Assembly: GCA_046483305.1 (NCBI GenBank)
Contig: JAWODM010000024.1
Span: forward strand, 1-64,000
DNA length: 64,000 nucleotides
Direction: 5' to 3'
Origin: Candidatus Krumholzibacteriales bacterium
Lineage (GTDB): Bacteria; Krumholzibacteriota; Krumholzibacteriia; Krumholzibacteriales; WJIX01
Below the pieces are notes generated by a model. The model searched no databases. It was not told the DNA's origin and saw only the letters and a list, made by a program, of their open reading frames with translations. Below are positions 38,695 through 50,267 of this stretch, piece after piece; the stretch's first letter is position 1, and the number at the start of each line of letters is the position of its first letter. The position numbers and the translations under genes were made by a program.

Positions 38695-40065
38695 CTATTT
38701 CCCTATACAGAATCGGCTGAATATTTCATCCAGGATATCCGCTTCCACTGACCTCCCGGTTATCTCTCCGCAGGCAGCGGCCCCCTCCCTCAGCCAGACC
38801 GACAGGATCTCTGCCGGCCTGCCTGACCTGGTTTCCCCGATCATCCTCTCCATCGCCTCTCTTGCACGCCTCAGGGCGCCACACTGCCTGGCATTTACGG
38901 CTATCCTGTGCTTGGAAACCTTTGTTATTCTTGGTGTTGCGGTCTTGTTGTATATCCATTCCCTCAGCCGGTCCATACCCTCTCCGGTCACCGCCGAGAG
39001 CGCCAGAATGTTTTCTGTTCCAAGAGCACGGGCAGCTTCAGCTCTGTCCATCCGCAGCCCCAGATCGCTCTTGTTCAGAATAACCGCATAGTCGGGATGA
39101 CTGATTCTGCCTGCCATCTCGAGGATTTCCCCTCCAGGCTTCTCGCTTCCGTCAATGACGAAAAGGAGCAAATCGGCTCCTGCCGCCGCCTCTTTCCCCA
39201 CAGATATCCCCCGGGCCTCAATTTCACAAACGGTTTCAGCCAGGCCAGCCGTATCTTCAAGGTAATATGTAAACCCCCTTATATGTATCCTCTCTCTGAG
39301 CAGGTCTCTGGTAGTGCCGGGAATATGGGAAACTATGGCCCTCTCTTCTCCGAGCAAGGCGTTGTAGATACTGCTTTTGCCGGCATTGCGGGGCCCCGCG
39401 AGGGTCACTCTTATCCCGTTTCTGAGTTTATTTCCTGGAACGCCGGTCTCTATCAGGCGGTCCAGTTCCCTGATGATCTCCCTTCCTTCGGATTCCAGCT
39501 CTTCTCTTGAGAACTCCCCGACCCCCTCTTCCTGCGAAAAATCAATCGATCCTTCTACCATCGCCATCTGGCGCAGCAGCCTCTTCTCTATCCTGCCGAC
39601 CCTCCTGGAGAGCCCGCCCCTGAGGTGTTCCAGAGCCACCCTGCTCTGGAGCCTGGTCTCAGAAGAGATGAGGTCAGCCACCGCCTCAGCCTGCGCCATA
39701 TCCAGTTTTCCGTTTGAAAATGCCCTTCTGGTAAACTCGCCCGGGGGCGCCATCCCGGCCCCCGCTTTCATCGCCTCTTCAATAATCGTCTCTGCCACCT
39801 GCATGCTTCCGTGGCAGTAAATCTCCACAACATCCTCGCCTGTATAGGAATTGGGCTTCTCCATGAACACGGCGAGAACTTCATCCACCGGCTCTCCCGA
39901 AATCTCCCTGAGGATGATTCTCTTTATGTGATGGGATTCCCATCTCCCCGCATCAGGAGCCAGCCTTCCGAGTATCTTCGCCGCCTCCGGCCCGCTCATC
40001 CTCACCACCGCAATCCCCGATTCCCCGGGCGGAGAGCTCAGAGCAACTACTGTTGAATCGCTCAT
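38695..40065 (-). CDS. mnmE: tRNA modification GTPase
   Basis: SYTGEDVVE, GEFTRRAF, GPRNAGKSS, PGTTRD, DTAG, FSRFCIGK. Confidence 0.97.
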   Translation of the reverse strand: MSDSTVVALSSPPGESGIAVVRMSGPEAAKILGRLAPDAGRWESHHIKRIILREISGEPVDEVLAVFMEKPNSYTGEDVVEIYCHGSMQVAETIIEEAMKAGAGMAPPGEFTRRAFSNGKLDMAQAEAVADLISSETRLQSRVALEHLRGGLSRRVGRIEKRLLRQMAMVEGSIDFSQEEGVGEFSREELESEGREIIRELDRLIETGVPGNKLRNGIRVTLAGPRNAGKSSIYNALLGEERAIVSHIPGTTRDLLRERIHIRGFTYYLEDTAGLAETVCEIEARGISVGKEAAAGADLLLFVIDGSEKPGGEILEMAGRISHPDYAVILNKSDLGLRMDRAEAARALGTENILALSAVTGEGMDRLREWIYNKTATPRITKVSKHRIAVNARQCGALRRAREAMERMIGETRSGRPAEILSVWLREGAAACGEITGRSVEADILDEIFSRFCIGK

Positions 40066-40068
40066 ACT

Positions 40069-40764
40069 CTATCTTCCGGATCTCTTTTTCCTGTTCTCCT
40101 CCGATTTGGACGGAGTAACAATGACTTTTCTCAGTCTCCCGCTCCCTACGGTATATGTCGAAATATCATTTTCATCGGTCAGTTCGATGTGCGCTATTCT
40201 TCTCTCTGAGGATTTCATCGGGTCCAGGCCTGTATCCCGCCCCGTTTTTCTGACCTTCTTCGCGGCCTTTCTGGCTTTCTTCCGTATTATGTCATACCTG
40301 TTCTTGAGGTACCCTCCCACATCCAGGGTCATTCTTCTGTAACCACCCAGCCTCTTTGAGATTATCCTGCCTACCAGGTGCTGCAGCGAATCCAGGGTAT
40401 CCCCCTTTCTGCCTATCAGCAGTCCGTCCACACCCACAGTCTCGATATTAATATACGTTGAATCTCCATCCGTTTCGGAAAATATCCTGTATTTAACATC
40501 CAGGCAGTCGAGGATTATCTTCATTATCTCGTTTGCTATCTCCTCCACGCCGGCATTCCTGCTTTTTCTGGTGACCTTCACCTCGGCGTCCCGGGCCCCG
40601 AGAATCCCCAGGAAGCCCTTTTCTCCGGGATCTTCTATCTCTACATCCACTTCGTTGATATTTGCCGAGATCTTGTCGAGCGCTTTTTTAAGCGCTTTCT
40701 CCACCGTCTTTCCTCTTGCCTTAACGTACTCTGAATTTGCTTCTCTATTTTCTCTTCTGTGCAT
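40069..40764 (-). CDS. jag: RNA-binding protein Jag/KhpB (Jag_N-KH-R3H)
   Basis: KGFLGILG, LLIGRKGDTLDSLQ, ERRIAH. Confidence 0.92.
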   Translation of the reverse strand: MHRRENREANSEYVKARGKTVEKALKKALDKISANINEVDVEIEDPGEKGFLGILGARDAEVKVTRKSRNAGVEEIANEIMKIILDCLDVKYRIFSETDGDSTYINIETVGVDGLLIGRKGDTLDSLQHLVGRIISKRLGGYRRMTLDVGGYLKNRYDIIRKKARKAAKKVRKTGRDTGLDPMKSSERRIAHIELTDENDISTYTVGSGRLRKVIVTPSKSEENRKKRSGR

Positions 40765-40817
40765 ATCCTTTCTCCTATCTTGCTATTACTAAGGTAATTA
40801 CGACAGCTTGTCTGATT

Positions 40818-42575
40818 TTATCCATTCTCCTGAGTTTTTTCGCTTTCTTCCTCTTCAATCTCTCTGTTTGCTATGTACTGCTGAGTAATGGTCAGCAGAT
40901 TGTTCACTATCCAGTAGAGTACCAGCCCGGATGGCATCCCATAGAAAATAAAGGTAAATACAATAGGCATCATAGTTTGCATCATTTTTTGTTGCGCGCC
41001 CGGCGCTGCCGTTCCCCCGCCTCCGAGCTTGGACTGGAGCACCATGGCCCCTCCCATGATCAGGGGCAGCAGGTTGAAGGTATCTCCGAGAATCGGAAGG
41101 GTAACACCGAAGCTGAACAGCGCGTCCGGAGCAGAAAGATTATTAATCCACAGCACGAACGGAGCGTTCCTCAGCTCAATGGTGTTTCTCAATACCTGGA
41201 AAAGTGCAATAAATACGGGCATTTGCAGCAACAGCGGCAGGCATCCGCCCAGGGGGTTCACCCCGGCCTCCTTATACAGCTTCATGGTCTCTTTATTAAG
41301 GGCTTCCCTGTCATCCTTATATTTCTCCTGAAGTTTCTTGATCCTCGGCTGCAGCCTCTGCATGTCCTTCATGGATTTGAAGCTCTTGTGGGTGAGGCGG
41401 TAGAACAGAAGTTTGGTCAGAATGGACATGATAATAATTATTACGCCGTAGTTCGGAATAAACTGCCTCAGGAAAACCATTATCTTCAGTATAATTACGC
41501 TGAAGAACCTGAGCCATCCGAGGTCCACCGCCTTCTCCAGCCCCATCCCGAACTTCTCCAGCCTGCTCATGTCCAGCGGCCCTATATAACCGGTGAAATT
41601 CCTCTCTATTATCCTGGGGTCGCCCCTGAAGGGATAAGAAATTGAGTAACCCACAAACCCCTCGCGTTCATCCCCGAGCATAACCAGATCCCCGGACCGC
41701 GGCTCGTCAACCATCAACGCGCTGAGGAAATACTTGGTTCTGGCCCCCGCCCAGGTGACGGTACCCTGCTTTATTTTGGGCTCGCCATCACCGAAGCTTC
41801 CCAGCGATTCCTTGTAGAACTCCTCGCTCACTCTTCCCAGGGAAGCGAACCCGCTCCAGTCCCAATCCTTCTTATTCTCGGTTACCTTAAGCCCGCAATC
41901 CCAGTTGACATGATAAGATTCCGTATCCCTGAGCAGGCTGTCCCGGCTCATTTCTACCGAAAAATTGTACCTGTACCCACTGGAGTAGAAAACAAAACGC
42001 TTCTCTATATAGTCTCCGCCCTTCATGTCACTCCTGAAGACGATCTCCGCCGGCTCCCCCTCTTCGGTCAGCCTGATTTCACTGCCGTCAACAGCCGTCT
42101 CGCCGTTTACCGTCATCCGGAAACCGGTATCAGAAAAGTCGATCTCCGACCCGTCGTCTCGTACCACTCCCACACCGATCCCGCCCTTTCTGCCCTCCGG
42201 GATAAGCTGCACCACGCTGCCCGCGTCTTTACTGAAATCAAGAAGTTTAACGCTCTTTATTTCTCCCCCGGCACTCCCGAGCTCCAGCTCCATATCCGCC
42301 GTAAGTAGTTTGACAGTAATATTTTCATATTCATTGGCGCCTTCTTCAAGCTTGAGATCTTCATCGGCGGCCTCTCCCCCGCCGGCCTCTGTCTCCAGGC
42401 CCGGCTCCTCTCCGCCGGCCGCTTCCGTTGAAATAGATTCGCCGGATGCCTCCTGCTCCACTTTCTCCGACCTTGCCAGCTGTGCCTGCTCCTGCTTCGG
42501 TTTGATATAGAAATAATTCCATAGGACAATTGTGAGAAAGGTCAATACTATGGCTAAAAGAGAGCGTTTATCCAT
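40818..42575 (-). CDS. yidC: Membrane protein insertase (long, diderm type)
   Basis: MDKRSLLA, NYGVIIII, VNPLGGCLPLLLQMP, PSGLVLYW. Confidence 0.97.
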   Translation of the reverse strand: MDKRSLLAIVLTFLTIVLWNYFYIKPKQEQAQLARSEKVEQEASGESISTEAAGGEEPGLETEAGGGEAADEDLKLEEGANEYENITVKLLTADMELELGSAGGEIKSVKLLDFSKDAGSVVQLIPEGRKGGIGVGVVRDDGSEIDFSDTGFRMTVNGETAVDGSEIRLTEEGEPAEIVFRSDMKGGDYIEKRFVFYSSGYRYNFSVEMSRDSLLRDTESYHVNWDCGLKVTENKKDWDWSGFASLGRVSEEFYKESLGSFGDGEPKIKQGTVTWAGARTKYFLSALMVDEPRSGDLVMLGDEREGFVGYSISYPFRGDPRIIERNFTGYIGPLDMSRLEKFGMGLEKAVDLGWLRFFSVIILKIMVFLRQFIPNYGVIIIIMSILTKLLFYRLTHKSFKSMKDMQRLQPRIKKLQEKYKDDREALNKETMKLYKEAGVNPLGGCLPLLLQMPVFIALFQVLRNTIELRNAPFVLWINNLSAPDALFSFGVTLPILGDTFNLLPLIMGGAMVLQSKLGGGGTAAPGAQQKMMQTMMPIVFTFIFYGMPSGLVLYWIVNNLLTITQQYIANREIEEEESEKTQENG

Positions 42576-42614
42576 TCTCTTTTCCTCTCCTGGTTAAAAT
42601 ATAAGGCTTATTAT

Positions 42615-42842
42615 TCAGCGGACAGGATCATATCCGCTCTCTGACGAAAACGGATGGCATCTGAGGAGCCTCCTCAGGGCTCTGTGCCCGCCTCTTATTA
42701 CCCCGTACTTCCGGATAGACTCTTCCGCATAACGGGAACAGCTGGGCACGAACCTGCAAACAGGCAGATGATAGGGTGAGACTGCCGTTCTATATATCTT
42801 TATCAAAATTATTGCTGTTTTTGCCGTTAATTTCAATATCAT
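42615..42842 (-). CDS. yidD: Membrane protein insertion efficiency factor
   Basis: CRFVPSCSRY, RCHPF..GYDPV. Confidence 0.93.
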   Translation of the reverse strand: MILKLTAKTAIILIKIYRTAVSPYHLPVCRFVPSCSRYAEESIRKYGVIRGGHRALRRLLRCHPFSSESGYDPVR

Positions 42843-42846
42843 CTGC

Positions 42847-43185
42847 TTATAATATTAATCCTGCGTTAATTAATGAGTTCTCGATATCTTCTTTCAACTC
42901 ATCGTATGGCGTTTCCTTTGGATCAAAAGAGGCTACGAAAATAATCCATAAATTTTTTTTCACGAACCTTTTCTTAAGCTCTAGGAATGCCTCTCTCATG
43001 AGCCTCTTGGCTCTGTTTCGCTGATAAGCCTTACCTACATTCTTCCTGCTGGCTACAAACCCGGGTAACAAACCCTCCTTATCCCGGTACATATAATATA
43101 TTGCAACCCTGTTCCCAACTTCCCTTTTCCCCTCCCTGTAAACCTGCCTGAACTGCAGGTTCTTCTTCAGTCCTGTGATCCTCAT
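42847..43185 (-). CDS. rnpA: Ribonuclease P protein component
   Basis: LKKN..F..VY..G, VGKAYQRNRAKRLMRE. Confidence 0.93.
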   Translation of the reverse strand: MRITGLKKNLQFRQVYREGKREVGNRVAIYYMYRDKEGLLPGFVASRKNVGKAYQRNRAKRLMREAFLELKKRFVKKNLWIIFVASFDPKETPYDELKEDIENSLINAGLIL

Positions 43186-43203
43186 TAACCGATTCTCTTC
43201 CGG

Positions 43204-43338
43204 TTACACACTTAACTGCTTTCTCCCCTTCTTCCTTCTCCTGGCGAGGATCTTGCGCCCGTTCCTGGTCTTCATCCTTGCTCTGAAGCCATGCTTCCGT
43301 TTTCTCTTCCTGCTGTGAGGCTGATATGTTCTCTTCAT
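43204..43338 (-). CDS. rpmH: 50S ribosomal protein L34 (not in the ORF track)
   Basis: Translated by hand: [44 protein letters not shown]. Confidence 0.97.
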   Translation of the reverse strand: MKRTYQPHSRKRKRKHGFRARMKTRNGRKILARRRKKGRKQLSV

Positions 43339-43390
43339 ACTTAATCACACTCTTTCCATATTCTATCTATTGTATAACCCTAAACATCTT

Positions 43391-43419
43391 ACAATATTAA
43401 TCTGGCATTTTTATGTCAA
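43391..43419 (-). promoter_or_regulatory. sigma70-type promoter of the rpmH operon
   Basis: Minus strand TTGACA-17nt-TATTGT. Confidence 0.65.
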
Positions 43420-43590
43420 GGACTTTATTTGTGCAATCCCTAAGTTCCGTCCGTATCTTGTCTTATTGGTCTAATTTCTTTACGCCGTTTCCTCTATTTC
43501 GAAATTTTCGCCGTCCGGCTATTTATTTTTTCTTTATCTTACTATATTACTATCGGTTACATACTATTTTGCAAAATATTCATATTTTGC

Positions 43591-43619
43591 TTGATATGCT
43601 TTTTTCCTTGTGATAGCTT
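43591..43619 (+). promoter_or_regulatory. Candidate sigma70-type dnaA promoter
   Basis: TTGATA-17nt-(TGa)TAGCTT. Confidence 0.45.
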
Positions 43620-43682
43620 TTCGGTTGCTGGGTGAGAAGGAGCAAATCCGAAACAACAACACCTCTTGTTTCCTGACATCAT

Positions 43683-43819
43683 TGTTCCACAACCCGATAA
43701 TCAGGATTGTGGAAAAAATATAGTTTGTGCTTTAACTGACCCGCCTATTAAATTGTCAAAAATGGAGTTATAGAGTTATCCACAATTGTGGAAAACTTTC
43801 TTTTTTTCGGTTATACAAA
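43683..43819. other. DnaA-box cluster upstream of dnaA (oriC part 1 / autoregulation)
   Basis: TGTTCCACA 43683, TGTGGAAAA 43708, perfect TTATCCACA 43776, TGTGGAAAA 43787, TTATACAAA 43811. Confidence 0.85.
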
Positions 43820-43831
43820 TGGTGGAATGGC

Positions 43832-45232
43832 ATGGTAGTCGGTGGCTTACCCGATAATTCGGCTGACAATCGCCCCAAGGAAGTGCGCCTCGCTGAGCTC
43901 TGGGGAAATATCCTGGGGAGGATCAGCACCAAGGTCAATTCACAGACTTTTCAGACCTGGTTTGAGCCTATGAAGATATCGGGTTTTACCGGGGACACTA
44001 TCATCATCGAAGGGCCCAATCCCTTCTTTATCGACTGGGTTTACGAACACCATATCGACAAAATAAGGGAAGCGTCAAAAGCCGTAATCGGGAATGACGT
44101 CAATGTCGAATTCACAGCTTCCGGCTCTCACGCCCGCGTCGACCAGCCCGTGGTAACAGACTCCTGCCGGCCCGGCATACCCGGTGGCCCCGCCCCCAGA
44201 AGGAGCTATTCCATAAAACTTAATGATAAATACACCTTCGAGGAATTTGTGGTGGGAGAGGGTAACCGCCTGACCCACGCCGCGGCTAAGGCTGTTGCCG
44301 AGAAACCGGCCAGGGCCTATAACCCTCTCTTCATCTACGGAGGAGCGGGGCTGGGGAAAACACACCTGGTTCAGGCCATAGGTCACTTTTCACTGAAACA
44401 CCACAAATCGAGGGTTATTTCTTATGTCTCGGCGGAGAGCTTCATGAACGAGCTTATTTACGCGATCCAGAAAGGGGAAACCCTTAAATTCAAGGATAAA
44501 TACCGTAACACGGAAACCCTTCTCCTGGACGACGTTCACTTTCTGGCAGGCAAGGAGAGCACCCAGGAGGAGTTTTTTCATACATTCAACGCCCTTCACG
44601 ACGGCAACAAGCAGATCGTTATGACCAGCGACCGCCCTCCCAAGGAAATTCCGAAACTTCAGAAGCGCCTGTCCACACGTTTCGAATGGGGCCTGATTAC
44701 GGATATTCAACCGCCGTCTTTCGAGACCAGGATAGCGATCCTCCGGAAAAAGGTCAGGAATAACCGGATTGAGATCCCCGACGACGTGATTACCTTCATT
44801 GCCGAAAACATCAAGAGCAACATAAGGGAGCTGGAGGGTTCTCTTACCAAGCTTCTCGCATTCTCCAGCGTCAACAGGGTAGATATCACCCTGGAGATGG
44901 CCGAAAAGGTACTGACCTACATGATCAGTTCGAACAAAAGGGCCCCGGTGACGGTGAGCTCTATTATCAAAACGGTATCGGAGACGTTCGAGATACCTGT
45001 CTCGAAGATCAAGTCGCGGTCCAGGGTGAGCCCGGTAGTCACCGCCCGCCAGATAGGGATATATATATCAAGGCAGCTCACCGATTCATCCCTGGTGAGT
45101 ATCGGTCAGAAATTCGGGGGAAGGGACCACAGCACGGTCCTTCACGCAATAAAGAAAATAGAGCGGCTGAGAAAGAAAGACCACGAAATCGAAACCAGGA
45201 TACAGACCCTGATAAGCCGGCTTTCGAAATAA
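43832..45232 (+). CDS. dnaA: Chromosomal replication initiator
   Basis: YTFEEFVVG, YNPLFIYGGAGLGKTHL, QEEFFHTFN, RFEWGL, GGRDHSTVLHA. Confidence 0.98.
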   Translation: MVVGGLPDNSADNRPKEVRLAELWGNILGRISTKVNSQTFQTWFEPMKISGFTGDTIIIEGPNPFFIDWVYEHHIDKIREASKAVIGNDVNVEFTASGSHARVDQPVVTDSCRPGIPGGPAPRRSYSIKLNDKYTFEEFVVGEGNRLTHAAAKAVAEKPARAYNPLFIYGGAGLGKTHLVQAIGHFSLKHHKSRVISYVSAESFMNELIYAIQKGETLKFKDKYRNTETLLLDDVHFLAGKESTQEEFFHTFNALHDGNKQIVMTSDRPPKEIPKLQKRLSTRFEWGLITDIQPPSFETRIAILRKKVRNNRIEIPDDVITFIAENIKSNIRELEGSLTKLLAFSSVNRVDITLEMAEKVLTYMISSNKRAPVTVSSIIKTVSETFEIPVSKIKSRSRVSPVVTARQIGIYISRQLTDSSLVSIGQKFGGRDHSTVLHAIKKIERLRKKDHEIETRIQTLISRLSK

Positions 45233-45584
45233 TTTCCACAATATCAACATCCCTTCTGTTGACAACTGTTCATTTCTGTTAGTATCTTCGCGCTCCGCTG
45301 GAATCATGTGGATAAAAATTTTTAATAAACATGATTGTCAACAACTCCCCGGGGAGATTTTCAGCCGGCGCGACACGCCATCGGTAATTTTCTTCAACAT
45401 ATCAACAGCGCCTACTTCTTCTAATTCATTTCTTCAGGAAATTAAGAAGATGAAGAGAGAATCGAACGGGGCGCTCTTTCCCTTGACTTATCGTTTCCCC
45501 GGGATTAGAATGCTGTTTGTAAATCTGATAATCATCATGGAAACCGGCGGGTTCCGATTTGAAAATCGCCGGAAATATGGATAA
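45232..45584. other. oriC part 2 (dnaA-dnaN intergenic) with DnaA boxes and DnaA-trio unwinding element
   Basis: ATTTCCACA 45232, ATATCAACA 45241, TGTTGACAA 45257, perfect TGTGGATAA 45307, TTGTCAACA 45335, TCTTCAACA/ATATCAACA 45391-45407 followed by GCGC-CTA-CTT-CTT-CTA; strand and skew switch here. Confidence 0.85.
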
Positions 45585-45631
45585 ACAGACGTTCGGGGAG
45601 ACTATCTGGCTATTTTTTCGGGAGGTCATGT

Positions 45632-46738
45632 GTGAAAAGCATTATTCGTTTAGATGAGATCAAGGAGAATATCAACACTATATCAAGGGTTGTCCCCGGA
45701 AAGACAACCATGCCCATATTATCGATGGTGCTCATGAAAACTGAAGGAGGCAAGCTGTCCCTTTCTGCTACGGACCTGGATATTTCGGTCACCTCCAGAC
45801 TGGAAGCTGATATAGAAAAAGAGGGGGCGGTAGCGGCGCCAGCCAGAAAAGTGGGCGAAATAATCAAGTCGCTCTCCGGAGAAGAGGTCCGGTTCGAAGC
45901 CGAAAACGAAAAACTTACGATTTCATGCGGAAGAAGCAGGTTTGAAATCAACGGAAGAAACCCCGGGGATTTCCCGGAGATACCCAAGCAGGATAAGAAG
46001 TTCTCCTTCAAAATAGACTACAGGCTCCTTCAAAAACTGATTGAGAAAACAGTCTACGCCGTGTCCACGGACCTTTCCAGGCCGGCGCTGTGCGGCGTTC
46101 TCTGGAAGATTGGCGATGAGGGAATAACCATGGTATCAACTGACGGACACAGGCTGGCGAAGATCGACCTCAAGAAACCTATCGCCGGCGCCGAATCCAT
46201 AGACGTCATCATACCACCCAAGGCTCTGTCGACCTTAAGCCATTTTTCAGGCAGGGAAGAAATGGTAAATGTCGATATTGCCGGGAACAGCGTCTCCTTC
46301 AGTGTGGAGGACCTCAAGATATACTCCAGATTGCTGGAAGGCCCCTTCCCCGATTTCAGAAGGGTGATACCGGAAGGCAACAGGAAGAAGCTGACTGTCT
46401 CGGCGGGAGCGCTTGCCGATGCTACCGGCAGGGTCTCCATACTTTCCGATTCCCTTACCAACCTGGTTGTCTTTTCGCTGGATAAAGACAAACTGGTTCT
46501 GAAGGTTGAGACCAAGGAGGTTGGGGGAGCCAGGGAAGAGATAGACGCGGAATACTCTCACGAACCGATGGATATAGGCTACAATGCCAGGTACGTACAG
46601 GATATATTGAAGACAGTGGAAGACGATCAGATAGATTTCCTCCTGGACAGGCCGGATAACGCGGGGGTGGCGGTACCGGGGAATCAGAAAGAAGAATACG
46701 AACACATGTGCATAATTATGCCCCTCAGGATTAATTAG
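45632..46738 (+). CDS. dnaN: DNA polymerase III beta clamp
   Basis: TMPILS, ATDLD, STDGHRLA, SRLLEGPFPDF, IIMPLR. Confidence 0.97.
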   Translation: MKSIIRLDEIKENINTISRVVPGKTTMPILSMVLMKTEGGKLSLSATDLDISVTSRLEADIEKEGAVAAPARKVGEIIKSLSGEEVRFEAENEKLTISCGRSRFEINGRNPGDFPEIPKQDKKFSFKIDYRLLQKLIEKTVYAVSTDLSRPALCGVLWKIGDEGITMVSTDGHRLAKIDLKKPIAGAESIDVIIPPKALSTLSHFSGREEMVNVDIAGNSVSFSVEDLKIYSRLLEGPFPDFRRVIPEGNRKKLTVSAGALADATGRVSILSDSLTNLVVFSLDKDKLVLKVETKEVGGAREEIDAEYSHEPMDIGYNARYVQDILKTVEDDQIDFLLDRPDNAGVAVPGNQKEEYEHMCIIMPLRIN

Positions 46739-46767
46739 TAAGGACGGGCCGTCGAAGTGTCAGGGAA

Positions 46768-47859
46768 ATGCGATTACTCAATCTGGAACTAAGGAATTTC
46801 AGGAATCTCAAGGACACCAGGCTGGAATTCTCCCCGGCCGTCAATCTGATAACAGGCAGAAACTCCCAGGGTAAGACCAATCTGCTTGAGGCCGTGTACC
46901 TGTTCTGCCTGGGAAGATCTTTCCGGTCTTCAAATCGAACCGATATGATATCCTTTGGAGAGGAGCACCTGTTTCTGAAGGCGTCGGTGGAGAGTGATAC
47001 CGGCGTTGGAGAGACCATTGAGATAGGGATGAGCAGGGGCGGGGAGAAGAGGATCAGGGTCAACGGCGCAAGGGTGGAAGGGTTTTCGGGTGTTATCGGA
47101 AAGGTGCCGGGGGTTCTGTTCACGGCAGGCGATGTGGACCTGGTGGCCGGTTCGCCGTCCTCCAGGAGGAGTTTCATCGACCACACCGCCTCTCAGATAT
47201 CGTCAGAGTACCTCGGCAATCTGAGAGAGTATTACAGAGCGCTCCGGCAGAGGAACGCAGAGTTGAAGGAGGCCGGAGATGGAAAGGGGAGGGGGTTGAC
47301 CAGGGCGCTGGCCGCGTTACTGGCCGAAAAGGGAGAGAAGGTGGTATCGGGAAGGCGTGACGTTCTGTCCGATATCAGGTCCGCATCCATGGATCTGCTG
47401 AGGGAGATATTCACGGACAGGATGGAGGTGGGGATGAATTATATAAGTTCGGTAAGGGAAGGGGAGGGCGGCTATTCGGAGAATATGATAAGTACTCTGG
47501 AGAGAAGAGCGGATGAGGAGATCAGGAGAGGGTACACAGTTGCGGGGCCGCACAGGGACGATATCCGTATAACCATGGATAAACTGAATATGAGAAAGTT
47601 CGGGTCTCAGGGCAGAAAAAGGCTGATCGCGATAGTTATGAAGATCGCCCAGGCGGAGGTTATAAACAGCAGGAAGGGAGAAAAACCGCTGGTTCTTCTT
47701 GACGATATATTTTCTGAACTGGACCGGGGGGTGGAGAGGGAAGTGGGTGGTTTCATCTCCGGAAAGTATCAGAATTTCATAACCTCGCCCCGGGCTGTGG
47801 AACTGGCCGCGCCGGGGAAATCAGCCGGTTTTACAGTAGAGAACGGAGTAATTACATGA
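46768..47859 (+). CDS. recF: DNA replication/repair protein RecF
   Basis: NFRN, GRNSQGKTNLLEA, GPHRDD, GSQG, LLDDIFSELD. Confidence 0.96.
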   Translation: MRLLNLELRNFRNLKDTRLEFSPAVNLITGRNSQGKTNLLEAVYLFCLGRSFRSSNRTDMISFGEEHLFLKASVESDTGVGETIEIGMSRGGEKRIRVNGARVEGFSGVIGKVPGVLFTAGDVDLVAGSPSSRRSFIDHTASQISSEYLGNLREYYRALRQRNAELKEAGDGKGRGLTRALAALLAEKGEKVVSGRRDVLSDIRSASMDLLREIFTDRMEVGMNYISSVREGEGGYSENMISTLERRADEEIRRGYTVAGPHRDDIRITMDKLNMRKFGSQGRKRLIAIVMKIAQAEVINSRKGEKPLVLLDDIFSELDRGVEREVGGFISGKYQNFITSPRAVELAAPGKSAGFTVENGVIT

Positions 47860-47966
47860 CCGGGAGACAGGGGTTGCTTGGGGATTAATAATCGGTGTTG
47901 AGATTAAACCGTTTTTTCTTTATTATTCTACTGTTTAACTGTAGTATTTTCGCATGAGAGGAAATT

Positions 47967-50203
<2,237 letters not shown>

Positions 50204-50267
50204 TGATTACTGATAAATATAGTGGATTGAAGGGATCGCAGATAGTGTGTTCAGGAGGAAACGGTAA

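Noticed and set aside
43539..43567. TACTAT repeats upstream of dnaA as a second unwinding element
   Set aside because: No adjacent DnaA box plus GC spacer; the 45391-45435 site fits much better
45306..45629. Small ORFs between dnaA and dnaN
   Set aside because: They overlap oriC DnaA boxes and the unwinding element; no protein features
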